A stretch of 64,000 nt of DNA from contig NC_058383.1 in NCBI RefSeq assembly GCF_018350175.1, forward strand, positions 11,472,001 to 11,536,000, read 5' to 3'. The position numbers and the translations under genes are program-made. The notes under the pieces are model-generated. The model was not told the DNA's origin, did no database searches, and saw nothing but the letters and a program-made list of their open reading frames with translations. The stretch's first letter is position 1; the number at the start of each line of letters is the position of its first letter. Source of the DNA: Felis catus. Its lineage: Eukaryota. Shown piece after piece: positions 22,422 through 33,953 of the stretch.

Positions 22422-23204
22422 TGGAAGGGAGGTCTCTGATCTTGACGGCAGAATAGAAACGTGAAGTTAAAGGGGGCTGGAGGTGGGGAACACGACCGAG
22501 TTAATGACTTAAACTCTGCATATAGTATTTGGAGTGTGTATTTTGTGTGGTTTCGGATCTGGCGAGGACAGTGGTCCTCTGTGGTTCATTGGAGGTTCTG
22601 ACACCCTCTGTCATCTTTAAGGACATTCTGGGCATCGGTATGCATTCCTGAATTACAGCATTCATTCATGTGACCGATATTTATTGAGCATCTATTATAG
22701 CAATCCAGCCAGTTACATGTTGCAGCAATTCTATTTATTAATTTGATTCTATTGATTAATTCTCTTTACTTATTAATTCCATTTTATTTTAAAATGGGCA
22801 TCACGTTCATTTTTGTACTCCGTTGTAACAGCTTGGACTTATTTAGTTACCTTCAAAGATCGCAACCTATCAAAAACCAAGCTCAAAGATATCCTATTTG
22901 TTTTCAAGTCAGTCGTGCTAACTCCCGAGTCACCCTGATTTCTTCCTTGATCAAAGCACTTGGCCACAGATCTAGGGGTTGGCTAGTCAGGTGGCTTATA
23001 TTTAAAAGTTTGTTGTTGTTTTTATTTTTTAGAAAACATTTTTGTGTCTTTGCTTTGACTTTCACCCTCCAGACTTTTAAAGCAGGGAGAACATGTTGAA
23101 TGGGCATTTCTTTTTAAATTCTTATAGCACTGTATTTGTTTCAGATTTTTGAAAGGCCTTCCAGTACGTGCATTGACTAAAAGATCCCCAAAGCACACTA
23201 GAGA

Positions 23205-23330
23205 AGGTACGGTGGTCATTGGCATCCTGTTTTACAGGTCGACAGGCTGAGTCCCAGAGAGATGCCCCAGGTGAGGGGCCTCCTGGGCAAAGCTGGGGCT
23301 GGAATTCAGGTATCTTAAATCCTAAGCCAC
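23205..23330 (-). mobile_element. MIR fragment
   Basis: catcctgttttacagg...ggctgagtcccagagag. Confidence 0.45.
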
Positions 23331-24317
23331 TGCCAGAGAAGTTACAGGGTTTCTGCCACATCATGTCAGTCTTACCTAAGATTCTGAGGGTTTGAAAATG
23401 CCACGAAGACTTCACTGTTGACTATTTGCGGGGAGAGACAGAGGGGAGAGCAATCCTTCTCTCCGAGCATTGACTTTTTAAAAAAGATTTTTTTGTTTGG
23501 ATTCAACATTGACAGGCTCTTTCTATTCTGGGCCTACGCGAATCGACCACATGCTCTCACCCCCTCGCAAATCTTTTTTTCCCTGGCCTGTTTCCCTTTA
23601 GGGGAGCATGGGAGACAGGGTGCAGTGGGGGAGGGGGAGAGGTAAGGTGGGGTGAGAGGGGCGGACAGGGCATTTGGTGAGAAGCCCAGGCTCCCGCACA
23701 GGCTGATCTGGGGCGAATCCTTAGCTCTGTGTCGACTTGTAAGTGGAAATCTGTAGCTTGCCTTTTCGGCTCTGTGCAATCCTTGCTTTCTTACCTCGTG
23801 AATATTGATTGCATTTAAACAAATTTTGCCCCAGACCTGGTCAAGGCACCAGCTAGACGCTGGCTGCAATGGTACCCGCGTGAGACTATGTATGATTACG
23901 TGTGAGACCGGATCCAACATGCAGCCCTTTTGGGAAAGCAGAGAAGCTTTATGCTGAATAATTTACCGGGACCCCCTTTCTAACACAAGGCAAGAGTCAA
24001 GTGAGCCGGCTGAGATGAAACACAATTCATCAGGACATCTTCGCGTGTCATTCCCGCGTCCCCCTTCTGGCTCCTTTCACACGTCCTGTGTTTGCTTAAT
24101 GAAATACATCGCCCTTTTGGGGGAGGGGAGGGAGAAGGCAGGTTTTCTCAAGCAATGTTCTGAATTCCCGACAAGAAGGTCGAGCCACGGGATTTATTTT
24201 GATAAAGCCGAACAGATCGTCTGGTGGGTAAAGGAGGACTTTGTTGATTTGGCATCTTTGTACTTATTCTATGTTGGTAAAGCTTAAAAGGCAAATCTTT
24301 AAAAAATTACTTCAAAA

Positions 24318-24524
24318 AAATTTTTAATCTTTATTCATTTTTGAGAGAGAGAGAGAGCATGAGCAGGGGAGGGGCAGACAGAGAGGGAGACACAGAGTCC
24401 GAAGCAGGCTCCAGGCTCTGAGCTGTCAGCACAGAGCCTGATGCGGGGCTCGAACTCACAAACTGTGAGATCATGACCTTAGCTGAAGTCAGACGCTCAA
24501 CCAACTGAGCCACCCAGTCACCCC
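24318..24524 (-). mobile_element. SINEC_Fc2-like
   Basis: full antisense SINE; TSD taaaaaattactt / taaaaaaacactt. Confidence 0.96.
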
Positions 24525-24900
24525 TAAAAAAACACTTTAAAAAATAGCCAAGCGTACCTTGAAAAGTTCCCTTCTGCTTTTTTTTTTTTTTTAATTAGAA
24601 GGAATAAAGATTAAGAAAGTATAGAAGGCCATTTAACCGGTAACAACAATGCACTTACTATCCCCAGTGAACACAGGCAGGCTGGATCATAATTGTTTTT
24701 GATGTTTTAAAAGAGAAAAGGAAAATCTGAAGTCCCATCTGTACCCCTCCCTGATACACTATCTCTCTTCTGTCAGAAGCAAACATTATCATACCTTGGA
24801 GGGTATACCCTTACTTTGTGTCTATCCATAAACTGTATAGGGATTGATTCCACATGCTTTAAAATTTATGTAAATGTTATTAAAAGGTACACATTGTGTT

Positions 24901-25175
24901 GGGGCACCCGGGGGAGCTCAGTCGGTTAAGCGTCAGACTCTTGGTTTCGGCTCAGGTCATGATCTCACCGTTCGTGAGTTTGAGCCCTTTTTCGGGCTCT
25001 GCACTGACAGCTAGGAGCCTGCTTGGGATTCTCTCTCCCTCTGTTTCTGCCCCTTCCCTGCTTGTGCAGACTCTCCGTCTCTCTCTCTCTCTCCATAAAT
25101 AAGTAAATAAACATTATACATACATACATTCATACATACATACATACATACGTACATACATACATAAATAAATAA
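24901..25175 (+). mobile_element. Carnivore SINEC with (TACA)n-expanded tail
   Basis: TSD aaaaggtacacattgtgt / aaaatgtacacattgtgt. Confidence 0.95.
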
Positions 25176-25789
25176 AATGTACACATTGTGTATCTTCTGC
25201 AACCCTTTTTCACTCAGAGTCGGGTTTTTGGGAGCTATCCCTACTCATTCATTTATTCTTTGGGTTTGGCAGTTGTCCATATCGACGTACGTCAGCTTAG
25301 ATCATTCATTCGTGGGAGCAGTTTTAGCAGTAATATGTTACTGCCAATGATATGCCAAGATTTATCTAGACATTCCATTTCTGGTGAGCATGCGATTGTT
25401 TCTGACTTACTGCTGTTATTAATAAGGTTGTGAAAAAGAATCCTGGAGGGTTCATGAGAACATTTCTGTAGTGTAATCCTAGACGTAAAGTACTAGGTTT
25501 GCATTTCACTCGACTTGGCCAAATTGCTCTCCCAAGAGACTATGTTGTGTCACCGCCCCTACAGCCAGGGCTAAAGTTTCCGCTTAGCCATCTCACCACC
25601 CTGTCCCCAACGTGTGACACTGTGTAATTTTGTCTCTGTTTTCATTTGCGTTTCCCTGGTTGCTAGTGAGGATGGGGACGAGGACTGCTTCGTGCGTTCA
25701 TTGGCTACTCGTTGAGGGTCATTCCCCCTTTGTGCATTTTCTTATGCTTTGCCTTTTTATTGTTGGTATTTGCTTTTTGTTTATCTTTA

Positions 25790-25905
25790 TCTTTTTTTTA
25801 AAGTTTTATTTATTTAAGTGATCTCTACACCCCACGTGGGGCTCTAACTCACGACCCTGAGATCAAGAGTTGGACGCTTCACCAACTGCGCCAGCCAGGT
25901 GCCCC
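25790..25905 (-). mobile_element. Short tRNA-like carnivore SINE (SINEC_c-like)
   Basis: atctctacaccccacgtggggctctaactcacgaccctgagatcaagagt...ccagccaggtgcccc. Confidence 0.9.
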
Positions 25906-26212
25906 TGTTTTATTTTTTTTCTTAATGATTTGTAGAAACTCCAGACAGTAATTTTCATTGGTTATTTGGACTGCAAACATTTTCTCCCAATCTGTTGCAT
26001 TGAGTTTTTGCCCAAAGTATCCTCTATCATTCAGGAAATTTAAACTCTGATCTCTTTAACCTATGATTGTTTTCTGTTAAGAAAATGGTTTTAGAAAGAT
26101 TTCTTTACCGTAGGTGATAAAATTAGGTCCCAGTATTTTCTTCTGATGATTTTAAAATTTACTTCTTATGTTTATATCCTTAATCTACCTAAATCAATGT
26201 ATCTACGTATCT

Positions 26213-26258
<46 letters not shown>

Positions 26259-26330
26259 CATCTATCTATCGTCTATCTATCGTGTTATCTATATATAGTT
26301 GATCTATCGATCTATCCATCTATCATCTAA
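26213..26330. repeat. (TCTA)n tetranucleotide microsatellite; 11 perfect units at 26213-26256
   Basis: directly visible. Confidence 0.97.
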
Positions 26331-27137
26331 TTTGTTAATTTGTTTTGGCATGGTGTAAACTTCTATTCTAGCCCCGGACAGCTTCTTCCCCAGACGTCTT
26401 GCTGTGACAGACAAATGGCCCCTTGTTTAAGTCACAATTGGCTGGACTTTCTATAACATGTAGCGTAATCACTGCATTTATTTTCTCTACTCACTCCTAA
26501 AGCTCCCTTCACATGTATTTTGGAGCGCATAATTTTTTGTTCTTCTCTATTTTTCTTTTTCTTTGCTTCATTTTGAGAGATCGCTTCAGCTCTATCATCC
26601 ATTTCATCAACTCTCTCTTTGTCCAGCTCGAGGCTCTTATTTACCTTTTTAGTGGAGTATTTTCCCCCTATTACTGTATTTTTTATTTCTATAGTTTTTA
26701 TTTGTTTCTTTTTCAGATCTCCCTCTTTTGATTGCTATTATATCCTTTTCATGCCTGATAGACTTTATTCCTTCCTTTATACATGTACATGGCAATTAAT
26801 ATTATTTTAAAGTCCCATTCATATTGATCTATTGTTTATGATTCCTTGGGAATTTTATTTATTGTGTTTGCGGTTGATGTATTAGAGCACTGGAGTTCTC
26901 CAAGAGTTGTCTGGACCATGTCTTCAGCTCGAAATATTTTTCACATTGGTGGTACATGTTTTGCCTTGCAGAATTTTTCTTTTGGGAATTTTTATATTTG
27001 CTTTTGTTGGGCTCACAAAGGCCGAGGACAAAATTTTTACATTTACATTTTGGCTCAAGGATGTTGCATCATATTGGCAGTTTAAGAATCCTGATCGCGT
27101 ACTCCCTGGAAATGCAGTTTGGGGGATTTTGTTTCTT

Positions 27138-27362
27138 TTTTTAAATTTTTTTTTAATGTTTATTTATTTTTGAGAGAGAGAGAGAGAGAGAGAGAGTGCA
27201 AGAAGGGGAGGGGCAGAGAGAGAGGAAGACACAGAATCTGAAGCAGGCTCCAGGATCTGAACTGTCAGCACAGAGCCCAACACGGGGCTCAGACTCACAA
27301 ACTATGAGATCATGACCTGAGCCGAAGTGGGACCCTTAACCAACTGAGCCACCCAGGCGCCC
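27138..27362 (-). mobile_element. SINEC_Fc2-like
   Basis: full antisense SINE ending caggcgcccc. Confidence 0.96.
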
Positions 27363-27369
27363 TGAGAAT

Positions 27370-27373
27370 TTTT

Positions 27374-27456
<83 letters not shown>

Positions 27457-28135
27457 CTTTTTAATATGAAATTTATTGTCAAATTGGTTTCCATGAAACA
27501 CCCAGTGCTCATCCCAACAGGTGCCCTCCTCAATGCCCATCACCTCCCCTCCCCTCCCTCCCCCCACCATCAACCCTCAGTTTATTCTCAGTTTTTAAGA
27601 GTCTCTTATGGTTTGGCTCCCTCCCGAACTTTTTTTTCCTTCCCCTCCCCCATGGTCTTCTGTTGAGTTTCTCAGGATCCACGTAAGAGTGAAACCATAT
27701 GGTATCTGTCTTTCTCTGTATGGCTTATTTCACTTAGCATCACACTCTCCAGTTCCATCCACGTTGCTACAAAAGGCCATATTTCATTTTTTCTCATTGC
27801 CACGTAATATTCCATTGTGTATATAAACCACAATTTCTTTATCCATTCATCAGTTGATGGACATTTAGGCTCTTTCCATAATTTGGCTATTGTTGAGAGT
27901 GCTGCTATGAACATTGGGGTACAAGTGGCCCTATTCATCAGCACTCCTGTATCCCTTGGGTAAATTCCTAGCAGTGCTATTGCTGGGTCATAGGGTAGAT
28001 CTATTTTTAATTTTCTGAGGAACCTCCACACTGTTTTCCAGAGAGGCTGCACCAGTTTGCATTTCCACCAACAGTGCAAGAGGGTTCCCGTTTCTCCACG
28101 TCCTCTCCAGCATCTATAGTCTCCTGAACAAATCA
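27370..28135 (-). mobile_element. Young 5'-truncated felid L1 (ORF2 C-terminus, 3'UTR, (CTTT)n tail)
   Basis: ORF 27672-28079 encodes the L1 ORF2 C-terminus ([13 protein letters not shown]...TCTPMFIAAL...WKEPKCPSTDEWIKK...ATWMELE) followed by the 3'UTR. Confidence 0.96.
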
Positions 28136-28934
28136 GGATTTTATTTCTTAAGAGTCAAGGTCTTGGGCCAGTGAGTAAAAATGTTCTAATTCTACTTTGA
28201 AGGACGGGAAAAACATTGCCAGATTCCTGATACCTGGCTCCTGAGAAGGGACTCACATCCAGCTCCTGTGCCAAACTGTAGACACTTGGCCTCAATTCTA
28301 GCCTCCACGAAACCTTTAAAATCTCGTTGTACAAAGTACGTACGTATCTAGTGTGGTTACTCCTATGGCCATATAGTTTCACCTTATATGCGTTGCAGTT
28401 GTTTCTGGCACCCCGGAGTTCCTCATTTTTGTGTTAGAGCTTGGATGTATATTTTGAAGGTTAAAAAAAACCATATACATTGAGTAGTATTTCTTTGTGT
28501 TTTAGAGAGCAGACTCTGCCGTCTTGACCTGGAATCTCTCCTTGTTTATTGGCAGCTTCCAAATGACGCATGGGTTGTGCCCAAAATATTATTTGCGAGT
28601 TAGTAATTTTGAAGTCAGAAAATATTTTCCCGGAAAAACAAAGTGAGATGGCAACTAGATAAACCAGAGTGCAAGCTTCGCCGCTTAGGACAGGCGAGCT
28701 ACAAGGTTTGGGTTTCATTAGAAGTCCGCGTAGCTGTCTCAGTGTGGATTCTCCCCCATTATAAATCTGGCTTTCTTGGAAGATCGCATGTTTGTAGGAA
28801 TTTATCCATTTCTTCAGGTTGCCCAGTTGGTTGGTGTGTGTCATTTTAGTCTTAGTCTCTATCTAATTGACTTCTTCTCTGATCTTTTTAATTTCCCTCC
28901 TTCTACTAACTTTGGGTTTCATCTGTTCTTTTTC

Positions 28935-29156
28935 TTTTTTTACATTTTTTAAAAATGTTTGTTTGTTTTTGAAGGAGAGGGAGACAGAGTGTCTGCAGGC
29001 GAGGGGCAGGGAGAGAGGGAGACCCAGAATCCGAAGGAGGCTCCAGGCTCTGAACTGTCAGCACAGAGCCCGATGCGGGGCTCGAACTCATGAAGCGCGA
29101 GATCGTGACCTGAGCTGAAGTCAGAGGTTTAACCGACTGGGCCACCCAGGCACCCC
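28935..29156 (-). mobile_element. SINEC_Fc2-like
   Basis: full antisense SINE inside L1. Confidence 0.95.
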
Positions 29157-30021
29157 TCCTTTGTTCTTTTCCTAGTTCCTTTAAATATAAAGTCATATAG
29201 TTTACTTGAGGTTTTTCTTGTTTCTTAAGGTAGGCCTGTATTGCTATGAGTTTCCCTCTTATAACCTCTTTTGCTACATCACATAGATCTTGGTATTTCT
29301 GTTTTCATTTGTCTCTAGTTTTTTTTTTTTTTTCAATTTCTCCTTTGATTCCTTTGATGACCCATTGGTTGTGCAGTATCAGATCGTTTAATCTCCACAT
29401 TTTTATGGTTTTTCCAATTTTCTTCTCATAATTGATTTCTAGTTTCATATGATTGTGGTCAGAAAAGTTGCTTGGTGTGATGTCAGTCTTCTTGAATCCG
29501 TTGAGACTTGTTTTGTGGTCTAATGTGTGATCTGTTCTGGGGAGTGTTTTGTGTGCACTTGAGAAGACTATATATCCTCCTGCTTTTGGATGGAAAGTTC
29601 AGTTTGTATGTATTAAGTTCATCTGGTCTAATGTGTCCGTTATGGCTGATGTTTCCTTATCAATTTTCTGCCTGGGTGATCTATCCATTGATGTAAGTGG
29701 GGTGTTAAAGACCCCTACTTTTATTGTATTGCTGTCATTTTTACCCTTTGGTCTGTTAATGTTTGCTTTATATATTTAGGTGCTTTATATTGGGTGCATA
29801 AATATTTACAATTGTTATATCTTCTTGTTGGATTGACCCCTTTATTATTATGTCTTTGTCTTTTACTATAGCATTTGTTTTAAAGTCTATTTCATCTAAT
29901 ACGAGTATAGCTACACCAGTTTTTTGTTTCTATTTGCGTGGAATATCTTTTTGCATCAATTTGCTCTCAGTCTGTGTGTCCTTATTTCTGAAGTGAGTCT
30001 TTGCAGTGTTTGGAGGAGTCT

Positions 30022-30232
30022 GTTTTTTTCAACATTTATTTATTTTTGGGACAGAGAGAGACAGAGCATGAACGGGGGAGGGGCAGAGAGAGAGGGAGAC
30101 ACAGAATTGGAAACAGGCTCCAGGCTCCGAGCCATCAGCCCAGAGCCTGACGCGGGGCTCAAACTCACGGACCGCGAGATCGTGACCTGGCTGAAGTCGG
30201 ACGCTTAACCGACTGTGCCACCCAGGTGCCCC
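30022..30232 (-). mobile_element. Young SINEC_Fc
   Basis: diagnostic gggacagag...ccatcagcccagag...gtgacctggctgaagtcgg; TSD ggagtctgttttttt. Confidence 0.98.
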
Positions 30233-30248
30233 AGGAGTCTGTTTTTTT

Positions 30249-30462
30249 ATTTTTTTAATTTTTTTTTTTTTATTTTTGGGACAGAGAGAGACAGAGCATG
30301 AACAGGGGAGGGGCAGAGAGAGAGGGAGACACAGAATCGGAAACAGGCTCCAGGCCCCGAGCCATCAGCCCAGAGCCTGACGCGGGGCTCGAACTCACGG
30401 ACCGTGAGATCGTGACCTGGCTGAAGTCGGACGCTTAACCGACTGCGCCACCCAGGCGCCCC
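30249..30462 (-). mobile_element. Young SINEC_Fc (tandem with previous)
   Basis: same diagnostics; third copy of ggagtctgttttttt at 30464. Confidence 0.98.
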
Positions 30463-31105
30463 TGGAGTCTGTTTTTTTAATCCATTCAGCCACTCTGTGT
30501 CTTTTGATTGGAGAATTTAGTCCATTTACATTTAATTATTGACAGGTATGTAATTATTGCCATTTTGTTCATTGTTTTCTGGCTGTTTTCGTAGTTTTTC
30601 TGTGTTCCTTTCTTCTTCTCTTGTGCTTTTCCCTGTGGTTAACTTTCTTTAGTATTATATTTAGATTCCCTTCTGATTCTCTTTTGTGTATTTACTTATT
30701 GTAAGCTTTTACATTGTGGTTACTGTGAAGCAACCACAGTTACTTGGTTACATATGTATATGGTTACATACAACATCCTATGTATATAATAGTCTGCTTT
30801 AAGTTGATAGCAACTTAAATCTGAATACATTCCAAAACTCTACATTTTTACTGCCCTCTTTTCTGTTTCTGAGGTCGCATTTTACATCTTTTTATTTTAT
30901 ATGTCCTTTAGCTGATTATTTTAGTTTTAGTTAATTTTATTACTTTTACTTTTGACCCTCAAACTATCTTTGTAAGTGATTCATGCACTATCATTGCTGT
31001 ATATTTACCTTTTGCTTTGAGAGTTTTACTTTCATATGTTTTCTTGTCATTCATTGATGTCATTTCTTTGCAGCTTAAAGAAGTCCCTTTAAGATTTTTT
31101 TTGGG

Positions 31106-31350
31106 GGGGCGCCTGGGTGGCTCAGTCGGTTGAGCTTCCGACTTCGGCCCAGGTCACGATCTCACCGTCTGTGAGTTTGAGCCCCGCGTCGGGCTCTGTG
31201 CTGACAGCTCTGAGCCTGGAGCCTGCTTCGGATTCTGTGTCTCCCTCTCTCTCTAACCCTCCCTCACTCATGCTGTGTCTCTCTCTCTGTCTCAAAAATA
31301 AAATAAAACATAAAAAAAAATTTTAAAGAAAAATAAAAAATAAAAAAAAA
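31106..31350 (+). mobile_element. SINEC_Fc2-like
   Basis: TSD aagatttttttt on both sides. Confidence 0.96.
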
Positions 31351-31466
31351 GATTTTTTTTTTTTGTAAGACTGGTTTAATGTTGATGAACTCTGTTAGCT
31401 TTTGCTGATCTGGCATTCTGAATAATAACCTTTTATCTCTTGTATTCTGAATAATAACCTTGCAGT

Positions 31467-31590
31467 AGATATGGTGACAGATGGTAACCAGACTAGATGG
31501 TGATCAGTTTGCAACGTATACAAATGCCAAATCACTATGTTGTACCCGTGAAACTAACGTAATATGATACGCCAATTACACTTCAGTAGA
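31467..31590 (+). mobile_element. L1 (L1MA9-like) extreme 3' end, opposite orientation to adjacent L1
   Basis: atggtgacagatggtaaccagact...atcactatgttgtacccgtgaaactaacgtaata...caattacacttca. Confidence 0.8.
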
Positions 31591-32299
31591 AGGAATGTAC
31601 TTTCAGTCTTCCAAGTTCAGAAATGTAATTTATCTGCACCTCATTCGTGAATCCACCTCTCAGGAAGGGACCCATTCAGATAGCGCAGACCGACGTGTAA
31701 ACTCAGGATGCCAGTTTTAAAATTTATCATGAGAAATACAACCGTCGAGGGAAGGACACTTACCTCCTGCAGTACGGTCTTTCCCTGGAGGCAGGCTCTG
31801 TGCGAAGGCACCTAGTAGTCAGGAGGCATCCTACTGAGCATGGAATATAAGCAAAAGGGGTTTTTAATTATGTGATTTCGAAAGTTTAATGGCCTCGGGG
31901 CCTGTCAGCTTGCTGAGTCCGTGTCTGTAATAGCAGACTTCCTTGCCAGTGGGACTGTCACATTCAAAGCCCATTTGACAAGGTGTCCTGTCCTCTGGAC
32001 AGAGCTTGGGTGGTCCCTGCCAGCATTTGTTTTTCTGTTTTTTTTTTCTTTTCTACACGTCCATAGATGACCCCATTCTTTGTTGAAATTTGTTAATATC
32101 TTCAATCTGGCCTTACTTGGGCCTTGGACTCCCTCTGTTTTCGTGTGATTTTTGTAAAACTCCTCTCTGATACACTCTGGATGATTCCGTAGCTTAACTC
32201 TTAGTGCGTAACCTTAGGTCTAGCTTCTTGGTAGGTAGAAAGAAGGCCCACTCGCAGCAGACCCCCCTTCTCCCCTCAGCCATGCCTATAGCCATTATT

Positions 32300-32636
32300 T
32301 TTTTCCCAACGGTGTATTTGGGACATCTTAGATTTACAGAAGAGTTGGAAGAATAGTTCAGCAACCACTTATATGCTCTACTCTTCACCTCAATCCAACG
32401 ATTAATACTGTATTGCCTTTGCTTCGTATTTATGGATAAAACATTTCTTTTCGTTTGTTTTGCCGAACCTTGAGATACTAAGTAGTAGGTATCCTGCAAC
32501 GTAACCAATCGGTAAATTAACATCTATTTCCTAGGAGTAATTACATTCTCTTACATAACCATGGTACCATTATCACACCCGAGAAAAGAAAAATATTAAT
32601 TTGTATCCTATCCTTGGATTTCCCCAAGGGTTCCAA
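32300..32636 (-). mobile_element. Old L1 (L1MC-like) 3' end
   Basis: tagatttacagaagagttg...acattctcttacataaccatggtaccattatcacacc. Confidence 0.7.
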
Positions 32637-32706
32637 CGACTGTCAGTAGTCCTAACACTATCATGAGTCATATTCTGGGGAGAAAGAATGCAGTCAGGAT
32701 TTGAGG

Positions 32707-33550
32707 TGTCGAGAGCACCTTAGCTTGCCCTCGATGTGGGCTTAGATAGGTTGGATCTTCCTCCTCGTCTCACTTCTACCTGCTAACCTTCAAAAGGGCG
32801 ACTAAGGCATGAGGAAATCATAACAAGACCAAGAAGGGAGAGCCAGTTTAAAGGTCAAGTGGCAGAGTTATGATTTATTATCTTAACGGACTCTTCACAA
32901 AGTATGCATACATAGCTGCATGTCTTCCAGACACGTTCGTGGTTAAACTTTTGTATTCAGGCATGACCATTTAAGAGCTGGGGCCAGAGGCAAGCAAAGA
33001 GACGCCCTGAATGGAAATCCCAGGGCTCCACCTACCCTAGTGTCAAGTGTTAGGGCTGACGCGAGTTCTGTTGCCCAGTGTTACCTGGCCTCGCTTCATG
33101 ATGGTGTCTGAAGGCATGTATCTTGAAAGAATTTAGTACAGGCTGCCTTTCAAATATCCAAGGACATATTCTGCAAGGCCTGCATCAAGGCTGGGGCTGT
33201 TGCAGGGCACTCGAGAGTAGCCCTTGTCTTGAGGATGCTGGGCCTGTGTCTTGGGCAGATGGAGGAAGGTTGTTCCTGAGAGAGCTTCACTGTGTTCTCT
33301 GTACGTCTATGAGCTTGGTTTGTTCAAAGCCTGGTGAGTGTAGAGGCAATTACCAGCCGGTCCTCTGTTCTTAGGACACATGTGGGCTCCTAGCCACCAC
33401 GGGGGCGGGGCGTGCTCTGGTTCCTTGTGGAGGACTGAGATCACCTGTATACACAGAGCTCAACTATCAGGACTGGGAACTGAGACTATCTGTGTGTCAG
33501 TATGACTTTATTAATTTGTTCCAGGAACCTCTTGCCCGGAAAGATAAGAC
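32707..33550 (-). mobile_element. Old LTR-like element (ERV class, family uncertain)
   Basis: begins tgtcg, antisense polyA-like tttatt at ~32874, LTR-like composition; not firmly recognised. Confidence 0.35.
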
Positions 33551-33953
33551 TGTAAACCAGTAAATAACTTCACTGCTTGGATGAGAAAGTTTCTCAAAAC
33601 CAATTTATTCAGGCAACAGTTTGCTCCTCTGGGCAAAGAGCTCAATGATCAAACAACTGTATGCTTCCCCAGACTTGCTTCAAGACCCTCACTTTGCTTT
33701 GTCCATCAATCCTACACTGTGACAACATAAATTTTGCACAGTGCCAATCAGATCTCTGCGTTGGAAGACCCGCCACAACTCCCTTGAACCAAGCCCCCAA
33801 ATCTTATGAATATCTGCCTCTAACTTCTTCCTTCTCCTCTGCTTCTAAGGCTTTGTCAAGGTAATGTTGTCTCTGACTACAATAGGTTAAGAAACCTGGT
33901 TTTGCGTCATCCACGGGGAATTCTGATGATCTCTCAGGAGGAGTCTCCAGTCA
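33551..33953 (+). mobile_element. Solo LTR (MER90-like, ERV1)
   Basis: TG...CA ends, ccaatc box, cccgcc, TATA-like ttatgaata, gtcaaggtaatgtt. Confidence 0.55.

Larger units (their letters stand above)
24585..26200 (-). mobile_element. Ancient L1 (L1ME-like) 3' region
   Basis: T-rich with aaatttatgtaaatg, gtatcttctgcaac, ccaaattgctctcccaa, tttgcgtttccctg, ttgcaaacattttctcccaatctg motifs. Confidence 0.65.
26470..28700 (-). mobile_element. Very old L1M-like 5'/ORF1-side fragments (host of younger insertions)
   Basis: degenerate T-rich L1-like text; subfamily not assignable by eye. Confidence 0.4.
28773..31466 (-). mobile_element. L1 (L1MA-like) fragment: ORF1 end, inter-ORF region, ORF2 endonuclease side; four SINE insertions
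   Basis: tttatccatttcttc, gatctatccattgatgtaagtggggtgttaaag, ccattcagccactctgtgtcttttgattggagaatttagtccatttaca. Confidence 0.88.
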
